The notes below the pieces were generated by a model. That model searched no databases, was not told the DNA's origin, and saw nothing but the letters and a program-made list of their open reading frames with translations. 64,000 nucleotides of DNA from Dehalococcoidia bacterium (GTDB lineage: Bacteria; Chloroflexota; Dehalococcoidia; Lucifugimonadales; Australimonadaceae). The stretch lies in NCBI GenBank assembly GCA_965200975.1, contig OZ241740.1, positions 108,300-172,299 of the forward strand, written 5' to 3'. Shown piece after piece: positions 1 to 9,016 of this stretch (positions within the stretch are counted from its first letter, which is position 1; every line of letters starts with the position of its first letter). The position numbers and the translations under genes were made by a program.

Positions 1-306
1 CCGCCGTCTGCTGCTGCTCCAAGCTCCGCGCCGGCGACGAACGGGTCCCGCACGCTGCTCATCAACCTCACCGAGACCGATAAACCAGGCGAGGACAGAA
101 TGCTGCTGAGGAATGTCATTCAACTGACGATGGACTACCCGGGGCAGGACAAGGTGAACTTACTCATCGTAAGCCAGGGAACGCGCTACCGGCTCGCGCT
201 GCCTATCGTCTCGACGGGTATCTGCGACAACCTGCTCTCCGAGCTGCAGGCAATGCTCGGAGGCAACCCCGAAGCGCTCGCCATCGAAGAGGCCTCCGCC
301 GCCTGA
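1..306 (+). CDS. 3' end of a gene entering from upstream; possibly the extreme C-terminus of a DnaE-type DNA polymerase III alpha subunit
   Basis: Frame 1 is open from nt 1 (PPSAAAPSSAPATNGSRTLLINLTETDKPGEDRMLLRN...) to TGA 304-306. The listed ORF 100..306 is only the Met-initiated tail. The tail resembles, from memory, DnaE C-terminal segments of Chloroflexi-like genomes. No catalytic motif lies in the window, so the call is weak. Confidence 0.35.
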   Translation, partial: PPSAAAPSSAPATNGSRTLLINLTETDKPGEDRMLLRNVIQLTMDYPGQDKVNLLIVSQGTRYRLALPIVSTGICDNLLSELQAMLGGNPEALAIEEASAA

Positions 307-322
307 AACGCCTGACCGTCGG

Positions 323-862
323 TCAGCGGCGCGACGCTTCGAGGTTGAGCAGTCGCGCCTTCATCGGCAGGCCGGGGCCGCCGAACCCGTGGAGTCCGCC
401 GTCCTTCCCGATCACGCGGTGGCACGGAACCACGATAGGCACGCGGTTGCGCGCCATCGCCTGGCCCGCGCCGCGCGCCGCGCGAACATTGCCCGCGCTC
501 GCCGCCAGCCACTCGTACGACCGCGTCTCTCCCGACGGAATTGACCGGCACGCATCCCATGCGCGGCGGAAGAACGGCGACGCCCCATCGAGGTCGAGCT
601 CCACGTCGCACGATGCGCGCTCGCCGCTGAGGTACTCGGCGAGCTGACGCTCGTAGGGCTCGAACGCGCCCGGCTCATGCTCGGGCAGCGGACGCCGCAT
701 CGCAGTTTCGAGGTCTGCGACGGCGCGCTCCGGCGCCGGTTGGGGCAGCGTCGAGTAGCGAACGCCTTTCGCCGAACCGCAGACGGCAACCCATCCCCAC
801 GCCGACTCGAATACGTCGTAGTAGCCAGCGGCGCCGTTCTCGCTTCTGCTCATTGCCCTCAT
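323..862 (-). CDS. ogt: methylated-DNA--protein-cysteine methyltransferase
   Basis: 179 aa. Active-site motif PCHRVI (VPIVVPCHRVIGKDGGLHGF) and the preceding helix-turn-wing region are typical of Ogt/MGMT. Confidence 0.85.
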   Translation of the reverse strand: MRAMSRSENGAAGYYDVFESAWGWVAVCGSAKGVRYSTLPQPAPERAVADLETAMRRPLPEHEPGAFEPYERQLAEYLSGERASCDVELDLDGASPFFRRAWDACRSIPSGETRSYEWLAASAGNVRAARGAGQAMARNRVPIVVPCHRVIGKDGGLHGFGGPGLPMKARLLNLEASRR

Positions 863-1099
863 CGCTCCTCGCTATCGCATCGCTGCGCCTGTCTACGGAA
901 CCGGTATGCCCCGGGGCCCGGCGCGCACAGACAGCGTAGAGGGCAGCCGCCGTCGAGGCAAGCGTCCTTCGCTTGCAACGAAGAGCGTCGGCCTCCCCAG
1001 CCCCTTCCTCCCTCCTCAACGCTGACAGCTGCCGCGTCCCGCCGGAGTGGCCTTCCTCTATAATCGGCGGCATCGCTTGGAATTGTAGAAGGAGATCCA

Positions 1100-2248
1100 A
1101 TGCGCAACGGCTACAAGGTCTTCGATGCGGACACGCACTTCCACTCCTCAGTCGAGAGCCTCGAGCCGCACCTCGATCCGATGCTCCGCGAGATGCAGCT
1201 CGACAGCCGCGAGTTCAAGACCGGATGGGCCGGCGAGGAGCTGCCCGAGCCCTACAAGCGCCTCTACCGCATCGCGGAAGGCGGCGGATGGGGAGCAGCC
1301 CCGCCCCGCTACCTCGGCGAGGCCGGGCCCCGCCCCAACGCCGAGCGCCATTTTCAGCGCTTCCAGGGCTTCAAAATCCCCACCCTCGGAGGCTCCGACT
1401 GGGATATCGACGCCCGCGTGCGCGATATGGACGAGGAGGGCGTCGACGTCCACCTGATGGTTCCCGGCGCCGCATCGGGGCACGCCGACCCCGCCGTCGA
1501 TATGGCTATGCTCCAAAGCGTCCACCGGCATCTCGACGACGTGTGCGGACGCTACCCCGGCCGGCTCAACTCGCTGATCCTCGCTACCGCGCGCGACATC
1601 GAGGGCTCCGCGCTCGAAATCAAACGCTACGCCGATTCGCCATGGGCGAAGGGCGTGCTCGTGAGTCTCCCCCTTGACTTCCCCGTCGACCACCCCGACC
1701 TGCATCCGGTGTGGGCCGCGGCGGACGACGCCGGCCTCGCCGTCGTGCATCACAGCTTCGCCACCGGCTACCCCGGCTACCGCGACCTGTGGGACAACCC
1801 GTTCATTGGCAGGACCGCGTCGCACCCATGGGCCGCGATGCGCATGATCTCCGCGTTCCTCGGCGCTGGACTTCTCGACAAGTACCCGAACATCAACCTC
1901 GCCATCCTCGAGTCCGGCTTTGGATGGCTCCCGTTCTGGATGAAGCGCATGGAAGACCAGGTCCACTACATGGGCTACGTCGCCGAGGACTTGCAGCACA
2001 CGATGCGCGAGTACATGACCGGCGGGCGTTTCTTCGCCGGCATCGTCATTCACGAAGGCGAGTCCATCACCCGCACGGTGATGGACCTGATGGGCGACCA
2101 CGTCCTCATGTTCGGCTCCGACTATCCGCACGCCGAGTCCCGCTTCCCTCGTTCGGCGGACATCGTGCTGGAGTGGGAGAGCCTCGGCGAGGAGCGCATG
2201 CGCAAGCTGATGTGGGAGAACGCCGCGCGCTGCTTCCGCCTCGATTAG
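1100..2248 (+). CDS. amidohydrolase family protein (amidohydrolase_2 / ACMSD-like metal-dependent hydrolase)
   Basis: 382 aa. N-terminal FDADTHFH and C-terminal FGSDYPHAE metal-ligand motifs. SD GAAGGAG lies upstream of ATG 1100. Confidence 0.8.
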   Translation: MRNGYKVFDADTHFHSSVESLEPHLDPMLREMQLDSREFKTGWAGEELPEPYKRLYRIAEGGGWGAAPPRYLGEAGPRPNAERHFQRFQGFKIPTLGGSDWDIDARVRDMDEEGVDVHLMVPGAASGHADPAVDMAMLQSVHRHLDDVCGRYPGRLNSLILATARDIEGSALEIKRYADSPWAKGVLVSLPLDFPVDHPDLHPVWAAADDAGLAVVHHSFATGYPGYRDLWDNPFIGRTASHPWAAMRMISAFLGAGLLDKYPNINLAILESGFGWLPFWMKRMEDQVHYMGYVAEDLQHTMREYMTGGRFFAGIVIHEGESITRTVMDLMGDHVLMFGSDYPHAESRFPRSADIVLEWESLGEERMRKLMWENAARCFRLD

Positions 2249-2385
2249 GAGCGGCGAGGGAGTTCGCGCCTGCCGCCTTTGCTTAGCAGCCCTCGTTCGC
2301 TCAGCCCCTGGCGCTCTCGATAGCCTCGACAGCGCTGCGCAACTCCCGATCAGCCATCCCCGCAATCACGCGCGCTCTTCGCTCG

Positions 2386-2394
2386 TGCTAGTAT
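2386..2394 (+). promoter_or_regulatory. extended -10 promoter element TGCTAGTAT upstream of the MFS gene
   Basis: TG-C-TAGTAT at 2386-2394, 39 nt upstream of ATG 2433. The same 9-mer recurs at 31712-31720. Confidence 0.4.
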
Positions 2395-2432
2395 GGGCGC
2401 GTCCCCCAGACGGCCCTGTCGAGGAGTCTCCG

Positions 2433-3704
2433 ATGGCAGTCTCAGCCGCCGCCGATCAGGTGGTAGCCGCCCGCCCCAAGCGCGTGGCGGGAACCATTAT
2501 CACGGGCCACGGCTTTCAGCATATGTACGCCGACGGCTTCCTGGTGCTGCTGCCCGCCATCAAGGACGCGTTCGACCTTGGCGCCGTCGCTCTCGGCGTG
2601 CTGTCCACCTCGCGGATGGCGGCAGGCGGCATCCTCAGCATGGGCGGCGGGTTCCTCGTCGATCTGTTCTCCGGCAACCGGGGCGTGCTGCTCGCGGGGA
2701 GCCTGTTCACGATGGCGCTCGCTTACCTCTTCGCCGGGGTGGCGCCCAACTTCGCCATTCTGGTGATCGGCGTCTCGCTCGGCTCGGCGGCAGGGTCGTT
2801 CTGGCATCCGGTGGGACTCGGCATCCTCTCCTACACGTTCCCCCAGAACCGCGCGCTGATGATGTCGCTGCACCGTTCGGCAGGCAGCGTGGGCGAGGTC
2901 ATAACGCCGGTCCTCGTCGTGGGAGCGCTCGTCTTCACCTCGTGGCGAGGCGTGCTCGTCGGCGGTTTCTTCCTCATCGCCGCAGTCGCGGCGCTACTGC
3001 TTTTCGCGCTCGCGCGCCTCGGACTCCCCCGGCGTCAGGTCATTCACCGGTCGGCGGGAGCGCAGTTCAAGAGCATCGGCGAACTGTTCACCGACCGCGC
3101 GCTGCCCGTGCTGCTTGCGGTGTCGGGACTGCGGGGGATGGCCGATCGCGCAGTGGTCTTCTTCCTCCCGGTGCTGATCGCGCAGTTCCTTCGCGAGGTC
3201 GAGCCGGACGCGTCCGAAGTCCGTGTTGCGGCGGTGGTTGCGCCGTACCTCATGCTTATGGTGGGGACGTCGGTGGTGGTGTCGCCGCTCATTGGGGCGT
3301 TTTCCGACCGCGTGGGACGAAAGCCCGTGCTTATCGTAGTGCTCTTCTTCTCGGCGGTGGTCACCGCTGCGCTTTCGTTTGTTGCGGAGCTTGGAGTGGT
3401 CTTCTTCGTGCTTATCGGGCTGCTCGGGATCGTGCGGTTTGCAGGCGCGAACCTGGCGCAGGCGGCGTCGCTCGACATTGCGGACGGACGCCGGCTCGAG
3501 GGGAGCATGATCGGCCTGCTGTGGGGCAACAACGCGCTGTTCGGGGCGGTTTCGCCGCTGCTGCTCGGCTTCATCATCGCGTTCTACTCGCCCGCAGGCA
3601 CGGAGGACTACCGGCTGATCTTCCCGTACGCGACGGCGCTCGCGCTGCTCTCGACTGTGGCGGCGCTCTTCCTGCCGGCAATCGGCAAGCCGCGCAACGC
3701 GTAG
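2433..3704 (+). CDS. MFS transporter
   Basis: Multi-TM hydrophobic protein with MFS motif A-like GAFSDRVGRKP. Start placed at ATG 2433 behind GAGGAG; the ORF-track frame opens at 2385. Confidence 0.75.
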   Translation: MAVSAAADQVVAARPKRVAGTIITGHGFQHMYADGFLVLLPAIKDAFDLGAVALGVLSTSRMAAGGILSMGGGFLVDLFSGNRGVLLAGSLFTMALAYLFAGVAPNFAILVIGVSLGSAAGSFWHPVGLGILSYTFPQNRALMMSLHRSAGSVGEVITPVLVVGALVFTSWRGVLVGGFFLIAAVAALLLFALARLGLPRRQVIHRSAGAQFKSIGELFTDRALPVLLAVSGLRGMADRAVVFFLPVLIAQFLREVEPDASEVRVAAVVAPYLMLMVGTSVVVSPLIGAFSDRVGRKPVLIVVLFFSAVVTAALSFVAELGVVFFVLIGLLGIVRFAGANLAQAASLDIADGRRLEGSMIGLLWGNNALFGAVSPLLLGFIIAFYSPAGTEDYRLIFPYATALALLSTVAALFLPAIGKPRNA

Positions 3705-3754
3705 CTGCTGCCGGAAGCGCGTCCGCTATCCGGAGGGCGCCGCCCGCCCCTCGC

Positions 3755-3763
3755 TGTTATCAT
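3755..3763 (+). promoter_or_regulatory. extended -10 element TGTTATCAT upstream of tRNA-Met
   Basis: TG-T-TATCAT lies 46 nt upstream of the tRNA 5' end. TATCAT also precedes tRNA-Val (5265-5270) and the hydroxyacid oxidase gene (5580-5585). Confidence 0.4.
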
Positions 3764-3808
3764 TACACCAAGGCGGGTGGAGCGTCTGGCTCCCCGCCGC
3801 GCCGCGGT

Positions 3809-3883
3809 GGCAACGTAGCTCAGCGGCAGAGCGGGCGCTTCATAAGCGCTAGGTCACAGGTTCGAATCCCGTCGTTGCCACCA
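3809..3883 (+). tRNA. tRNA-Met (anticodon CAT), elongator-type (or the lysidine-modified Ile2 type), CCA encoded
   Basis: Hand-folded cloverleaf. Acceptor GGCAACG/CGTTGCC; D arm GCTC-AGCGGCA-GAGC; anticodon arm GGCGC-TTCATAA-GCGCT; T loop TTCGAAT; discriminator A; CCA at 3881-3883. One A:C mismatch in the T stem. Confidence 0.88.
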
Positions 3884-3898
3884 TTTGCCTTCTCCGGA

Positions 3899-3945
3899 AC
3901 TGGGAGAGCGTTCGCTCCTTAGCTCCCTTCAGGGGCGCCCCCTCG
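3899..3945 (+). repeat. partial copy of the GC-rich hairpin repeat family (core CTGGGAGAGCGTTCGCTCC)
   Basis: The 19-nt core at 3901-3919 is identical to the core of the copies at 49829-49847 and 6730-6748 (minus strand). It starts 16 nt after the tRNA-Met 3' end. Confidence 0.6.
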
Positions 3946-3964
3946 ACGCGGGCGCAGACGCGCC

Positions 3965-5185
3965 TCAGACGCGCTCGCCCTCCAGCCGTGGAGCGTGCGG
4001 AGGGCGCTTGCTTGGCAAGCCCTCGCGCGCGACGAACGCCAACGCGAGCCCGCCGCCCGCCAGCAGCGGAACGAACACCAGGAACGCGACCGACGGGCTC
4101 GCCGCCGCGGCCGCCGCTCCGGCTACTAACGGGCCGGCTATGGCGCCCGTCTCCCCAAAGGTCCGGCGCAACGCCTGCAACTGTCCACGCAGATGCGTCG
4201 GCACGATGTCGAACGTGTAGGTGGTCATCGACCCCATCGCCATGCCGCTCGCGAACCCCAGGAACACGAGCACGACACAGAGCGCAACGATGTTCTGCGC
4301 CAGGGGCAGCGCGAGGAACATCGCCCCGCCGATTAGCGCCGACGGCGCCGCCACCCACTTCCTCCCCAGCTTGTCCGACACGAACCCCGCAGGAATGATA
4401 ATCGCGAACGTCGCCGCGCCGAGCACCATAAACAGCAGCCCCGTTACGGCGGGCGAGTAGCCCAACTGATCCTGCGCGAACAGCGGCATCATCGTGTTCG
4501 TCACCTGCGTCCGCGTCAGCACCCCGAACGTCGCGATGAACAGAATGAAGTAGGTGAGCCGGTAGTAGGGGTGTATCTCCTTGAAGGCGGTGAAATCGAA
4601 CATCGAGCGCTGGTTCCTGGGCCGCTCCGCCCTTACCGAGCGGTGCATAAGCGAGAGCGCGAGCACTACGGCGCTCACGCAGCCAAAGATGAGGAACAAG
4701 CCCTGGACTCCCACCGGCTCGGTGAGGACTCCGCCGATGGCCGGGCCGAACGCCGTGCCTGCGCCGCTTACGCCCATCAGCGTGCTCAGGGCGCGGCCTC
4801 GCTGCTCGGCGCGCACCATCTCCGCCGCGGCGATCTCGCGTCCGAACATCCACATATTCTGTCCGAACCCCCAGATGAACTGCGTGACCATCAGCAGCGC
4901 GAAGTTCGGAGAGTAGGCGGCGGCGAAGAGGCTGACGGTGGCGATCAGCGCCCCCGCGACCATCGGCGTCTTAGACCCCCACCGATCGACGAACGACCCG
5001 GTCGGGATGAACGACAGGAAGCGTCCCGCCTGCTGCGCGGTGATGACCTGCACGCCAAGGACGGCGGACACGCCGTACTCTTCCCCCAGCGCCGGCAGGG
5101 CGGGGATGAGCATGCCCTGCCCGATCATCATCAGCAAGGACGGCAGGTAGATGTGGAGCGCGGCGCTCCAGAACTTTCTGGACAT
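3965..5185 (-). CDS. MFS transporter
   Basis: 406 aa, about 12 hydrophobic segments, MFS motif A-like GSFVDRWGSK. Confidence 0.8.
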   Translation of the reverse strand: MSRKFWSAALHIYLPSLLMMIGQGMLIPALPALGEEYGVSAVLGVQVITAQQAGRFLSFIPTGSFVDRWGSKTPMVAGALIATVSLFAAAYSPNFALLMVTQFIWGFGQNMWMFGREIAAAEMVRAEQRGRALSTLMGVSGAGTAFGPAIGGVLTEPVGVQGLFLIFGCVSAVVLALSLMHRSVRAERPRNQRSMFDFTAFKEIHPYYRLTYFILFIATFGVLTRTQVTNTMMPLFAQDQLGYSPAVTGLLFMVLGAATFAIIIPAGFVSDKLGRKWVAAPSALIGGAMFLALPLAQNIVALCVVLVFLGFASGMAMGSMTTYTFDIVPTHLRGQLQALRRTFGETGAIAGPLVAGAAAAAASPSVAFLVFVPLLAGGGLALAFVAREGLPSKRPPHAPRLEGERV

Positions 5186-5264
5186 AGCGAAAAGAGCGCA
5201 ACCGGCAAGGCTCAGGCTATCACGCCGCGCGCCTTCTCCCGCGCACGGCGAGCGTCCGGCGCGT

Positions 5265-5270
5265 TATCAT
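5265..5270 (+). promoter_or_regulatory. -10-like hexamer TATCAT upstream of tRNA-Val
   Basis: GTTATCAT ends 12 nt before the tRNA-Val 5' end. Confidence 0.35.
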
Positions 5271-5281
5271 GAGACGCTCAC

Positions 5282-5357
5282 GGGCGAATAGCTCAGCGGT
5301 TAGAGCGCCTGTCTTACACACAGGAGGCCGCAGGTTCGATCCCTGCTTCGCCCACCA
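5282..5357 (+). tRNA. tRNA-Val (anticodon TAC), CCA encoded
   Basis: Hand-folded. Acceptor GGGCGAA/TTCGCCC; D arm GCTC-AGCGGTTA-GAGC; anticodon arm CCTGT-CTTACAC-ACAGG; T arm GCAGG-TTCGATC-CCTGC; discriminator A; CCA. Confidence 0.92.
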
Positions 5358-5626
5358 TCAGAGCGCCGGCGCCCTGCGCCCCCCCGATTCCCCCCCCGGA
5401 ACGGCGCCCTGCTCCCCTGTCCGAGGGAGAGTAGGCATGGCAGCTTGCGCCTGAGCGTCGCCATCGGAGACTACGACCGCGCCCGCCCGCTCGCCTCGCC
5501 CGCAAAGCGTCACGCCGAAGGAGCTGTTCGTCCCCGTGGGCGAGCAGAGGCGGAGAGGGCGCCTGGCGTTGCGAGCGCTTATCATGCGCTCCATGCGGGC
5601 GAGCGCGCCGCAACGAGGAGGAACCT

Positions 5627-6706
5627 ATGACCACCGAGCCCATCAACCTCTACGAACTCGAGGCTATGGCCGAGCGCTCCCTCGAGCCGAACGAGTGGGA
5701 CTACGTCGCCGGCGGCGCTACGGACGAAATCACTATCGCGCGCACGCGCTCCGTATTCGACCACATCGCCCTCCGCCCGCGCATGCTCGCGGGAATTCCC
5801 GGCGCCGACCTCGGCGCGACCGTCCTCGGCGAGCGCATCGCCGCGCCGTTTATGCTCTCCCCTTGCGGAAGCCACAAACGCGCCCACCCCGACGGCGAAC
5901 TCGCCACTGCAAGAGGCGCCGCAGCCGCCGGAACCATCCTCGCCGTCAGCGCCAACTGCTCCTACCCTCCCGAAGAGATCGCCCGCGCCGCCGACGGCCC
6001 GCACTGGTACCAGACCTACTTCTACCGCGACCGCGAACAGACCGCCGACCGCGTGAAGATGGCTGAGGACAACGGCTACTCCGCTATCTGCGTGACCCTC
6101 GACGCAGTCTGGCCGCCCAAGCGCGAGCGCAACATCCGCAACTCCTACCAGCGCCTCCCGCGCGCCGACGAGGCGAAGATAGGCGGCCCCGAGAAAGAGC
6201 TCGCCAAGTTCAACGCCGGCATCAGCAGCCGCAGCCGCGTCGACCCCGGCGCAACGTGGGACTACGTCGCGTGGCTCCGCTCCGTCACCAATCTCCCCAT
6301 CGTCTTCAAGGGCGTCATCACCGCCGAAGACGCGGCGCTCTGCGCGGAGCACGGCGTCGACGGCCTCATCGTCTCCAACCACGGCGGACGGAACCTCGAC
6401 ACCACCATCCCCACCATCGAGGCGTTGCCGGAGGTCGCCCGCGCCGCCGGCGGCAAGGTCGAGGTCTACCTTGACGGCGGCATCCGGCGCGGAACGGACG
6501 TCGTGAAGGCGCTCGCCCTAGGCGCGAACGCCGTGATGCTGGGGAGGCCGCTCTTCTGGGGCCTCGCTTACGCCGGCGACCAGGGCGTCGCCCATATGCT
6601 CGACATCCTGCGCGACGAGGTCGAGACGACGATGGTGATGTGCGGCAAGGGGCGCGTCGAGGACATCGGCCCCGACCTCATCGACCGGCTCCCTGAGCTG
6701 AGCTGA
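5627..6706 (+). CDS. FMN-dependent alpha-hydroxy acid dehydrogenase/oxidase (lactate/glycolate oxidase family)
   Basis: 359 aa, TIM-barrel FMN family motifs (LIVSNHGGRNLD, DGGIRRGTDVVKALALGA). SD GAGGAGG upstream. Confidence 0.85.
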   Translation: MTTEPINLYELEAMAERSLEPNEWDYVAGGATDEITIARTRSVFDHIALRPRMLAGIPGADLGATVLGERIAAPFMLSPCGSHKRAHPDGELATARGAAAAGTILAVSANCSYPPEEIARAADGPHWYQTYFYRDREQTADRVKMAEDNGYSAICVTLDAVWPPKRERNIRNSYQRLPRADEAKIGGPEKELAKFNAGISSRSRVDPGATWDYVAWLRSVTNLPIVFKGVITAEDAALCAEHGVDGLIVSNHGGRNLDTTIPTIEALPEVARAAGGKVEVYLDGGIRRGTDVVKALALGANAVMLGRPLFWGLAYAGDQGVAHMLDILRDEVETTMVMCGKGRVEDIGPDLIDRLPELS

Positions 6707-6716
6707 CCAGCTCCTT

Positions 6717-6768
6717 CTCCGCCAAGGGGTCTGGGGGAGCGAACGCTCTCCCAGCAGCGCGCCGGCGC
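6717..6768 (-). repeat. full 52-nt copy of the GC-rich hairpin repeat family
   Basis: The reverse complement GCGCCGGCGCGCTGCTGGGAGAGCGTTCGCTCCCCCAGACCCCTTGGCGGAG is 50/52 identical to 30707-30758. It lies between the convergent stops of the oxidase gene (6706) and hpnE (6777). Confidence 0.85.
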
Positions 6769-6776
6769 TGGCGCCT

Positions 6777-8192
6777 TCACGAGAGGGGGCTGGGGGCGCG
6801 AACGCCCTCCAGCACGACCGCCGCGGCAGCGTTGCCGCTGCGGACAGCGCTCTCCATCGTCGCCGGCCAGCCGGTGTCGGTCCAGTCGCCGGCAAGGACG
6901 AGATTGGCCAGCGGCGTTCTCGCCGACAAGCGGTTACTTGGACCGTCGGGGAGCGACCGGAAGGTGGCGCGCTGCTCCTTCACTACGAGGAACCGCTCGA
7001 TGCGAGCGCCGCGCGCGCGGGGCAGCGCACGCTCCAACTCCTCGGTGAACCGCTCGCGCAGCTCCTCTTTCGATTTCGGCCACCACTCCCACGCGCCGCT
7101 GAGCGACACCGTCAGGCGGTCGCCGGGCCCGGGCAACCCTGCAATGCGCGTGCGGTTGAACACGTACTGCAACGGACTATCGACGAACGCCGTCCATTCG
7201 AAATCCGCGACTTCGCGGTCGTACCAGACGTGCAGATTGACGATGGGCGCGAACGTATGCGTCGCCGCAGCGGACAGCGGCGACGTCCCGCGCAGGTCGC
7301 CGGGCAGTATGTTGAGAAGGGCGTAAGGGGGCAGCGCGGATACGAACCAGTCGGCTGTAAGCTCCTCTCCTCCCGGAAAGAGGACGCTCTCGACGACGCC
7401 GTTATTTGTTACGAGCCGCTCCACCGAGCGCCCGAACAGCAGCTCGACGCCCTGCTCGCGCAAGCGGCGCTCCGCCGCGTCGCCCATCACGTCCGACAGG
7501 CCGGAGCGAGCGAAGCCGATATCGGCGCTGTGGACATCGTTCAGCAGGCCCACCTGAAAGACGAAAAACGCCAGGCTGGCCGACACGTCGCGGGGCGCGT
7601 CGTTCAGGGTAGGCAGCACCAGGAGCTCCCAGAAGTTGGCGATAGCGTGGTCGGATTGTCCCTGCCGCCGCAGCCACTCCTCGAACGACGTCCGGCGCAA
7701 CTCCTCCCGGTCAGGGTCGCGCTCGCGCCTGATCTTCTGCAGCGCCACGGCGGCGCGCAGCTTCTCGCGCCAGCTAAGGTGCGGGTACTTCAGGAACGAC
7801 GGAAACAGGTGGAGCGGCGCCGGGAGCGGAGCAGCGGAAAAGACGCCGTCCTTCCCGGAGGGGCTGCGCACTTCGACGCGGAGTCGGCGCTGAAGGGCTG
7901 TCCGGTCGAGGGTGCCGAGTTCACGCAGGAAGTCGATGTACTCGACGCAGCAGCCCATAAAGACGTGCTGGCCGTTGTCGATCTGCGCGCCTGTTTCACG
8001 GTCGGTGTAGGAGTAGGCCCTGCCCCCGAGGTAGGGGCGGCGCTCGACGAGCGTTACGCGGCAGCCGGCGGACGCAAGGCGCCAAGCCGCCGCCATGCCG
8101 GCCAGGCCGCCCCCCGCGACGACGACGCGGCGGCCTACGGCAGCCGGATCCGCGGAATGAGACTCGTAGTCCAATGCCTGGCCATAATGCAT
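6777..8192 (-). CDS. hpnE: hydroxysqualene dehydroxylase (FAD-dependent amine-oxidase/phytoene-desaturase fold)
   Basis: 471 aa. FAD Rossmann motif VVVAGGGLAGMAAAWRLA. Third gene after hpnC-hpnD, as in hpnCDE operons. ATG 8192 overlaps hpnD by 58 nt (TTG 8174 is an alternative start). Confidence 0.7.
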   Translation of the reverse strand: MHYGQALDYESHSADPAAVGRRVVVAGGGLAGMAAAWRLASAGCRVTLVERRPYLGGRAYSYTDRETGAQIDNGQHVFMGCCVEYIDFLRELGTLDRTALQRRLRVEVRSPSGKDGVFSAAPLPAPLHLFPSFLKYPHLSWREKLRAAVALQKIRRERDPDREELRRTSFEEWLRRQGQSDHAIANFWELLVLPTLNDAPRDVSASLAFFVFQVGLLNDVHSADIGFARSGLSDVMGDAAERRLREQGVELLFGRSVERLVTNNGVVESVLFPGGEELTADWFVSALPPYALLNILPGDLRGTSPLSAAATHTFAPIVNLHVWYDREVADFEWTAFVDSPLQYVFNRTRIAGLPGPGDRLTVSLSGAWEWWPKSKEELRERFTEELERALPRARGARIERFLVVKEQRATFRSLPDGPSNRLSARTPLANLVLAGDWTDTGWPATMESAVRSGNAAAAVVLEGVRAPSPLS

Positions 8193-9016
8193 ATCTTCTC
8201 GGCGGAGGAGAGCGCCACGCGCTGGCTGTACACGTCGTACCGGCGCAGTTCGATGCGCTCCAGCAGGCGCAGGTAGAGGGCATGGAGCACCGCTGGGCAG
8301 GCGCGCGACCGGGGCGACAGGTAGTCGAGCGCTTTCCCGCTGGCGTCGAAGTAACCCCTCGCGCGGCGCGCCTCGAAACGCATCAGCGCGATGAACCCGT
8401 CGTTCACCACGCCGCGCATCAGTTCGTCTTCGGAGTACCCGAACCGCCGGAGGTCTTCCTGCGGGAGGTAGACGCGGCCTGCCTCGGCGTCTTCACGCAC
8501 GTCGCGGAGGATGTTGGTGAGCTGCATGCCCATCCCCAGTTCGACTGCGCCCTCGCGGGCGCGCGGGTCGGCGTAGCCGAAGATTTCAATGCAGATGAGT
8601 CCCACGACCGAGGCGACGAGATAGCAGTACTCGCGAAGATCGTCGAACGTCTCATAGCGGCGGGGGGCCAAGTCCATCTCGACGCCGTCGATAAGCTGTT
8701 CGAGGAGGCTCGGAGCGATGCCGAACTCGCGGGAGGCGTGGGCCAGAGCCTCCAGCGCCGGGCCGCGGGAGGCGCCTGCAAACGCGTTCCGCAAATCGTC
8801 GCGCAGTTCGTGCAGCTGCTCCTGCTTGCGGGCGTTCGGTTCCGCGCTGTCGGCGATGTCGTCGGCCAGACGGGCAAACGCGTAGACGGCGTAGATGGCG
8901 CGTCGCTTGCGGGCGGGCAGCGTGAGAAAAGCGTAATAGAAGTTGCGCGCCTCGCGCTTCGCGACAGACTGACAGTAGTCGTACGCAGCCGCGACTGTAG
9001 GGGAAGGAGATGTCAT
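8135..9016 (-). CDS. hpnD: presqualene diphosphate synthase (squalene/phytoene synthase family)
   Basis: 293 aa. NFYYAFLTLPARKRRAIYAVYAFARLADDIAD and the second Asp-rich region match the HpnD-type pattern. The start overlaps the hpnC stop (ATGA). Confidence 0.75.
   Translation of the reverse strand: MTSPSPTVAAAYDYCQSVAKREARNFYYAFLTLPARKRRAIYAVYAFARLADDIADSAEPNARKQEQLHELRDDLRNAFAGASRGPALEALAHASREFGIAPSLLEQLIDGVEMDLAPRRYETFDDLREYCYLVASVVGLICIEIFGYADPRAREGAVELGMGMQLTNILRDVREDAEAGRVYLPQEDLRRFGYSEDELMRGVVNDGFIALMRFEARRARGYFDASGKALDYLSPRSRACPAVLHALYLRLLERIELRRYDVYSQRVALSSAEKICIMARHWTTSLIPRIRLP

Noticed and set aside
3809-3883. tRNA-Met(CAT) as the initiator tRNA
   Set aside because: It has a paired 1:72 (G:C) and lacks the three consecutive G:C pairs at the base of the anticodon stem. 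It is therefore the elongator type or the Ile2 (lysidine) type.
5389-5407. Two poly-C tracts (C7-GATT-C8) downstream of tRNA-Val as a phase-variation switch
   Set aside because: They are intergenic, short, and not within or just upstream of any reading frame or promoter I can define.
5445-5630. 61-aa ORF whose start (LSVAIGDYDRARPL) resembles the N-terminus of 4,5-dihydroxyphthalate-decarboxylase-like proteins; possible gene remnant
   Set aside because: The similarity covers only about 15-25 residues recalled from memory and is lost in all frames afterwards. It cannot be supported without a database search.
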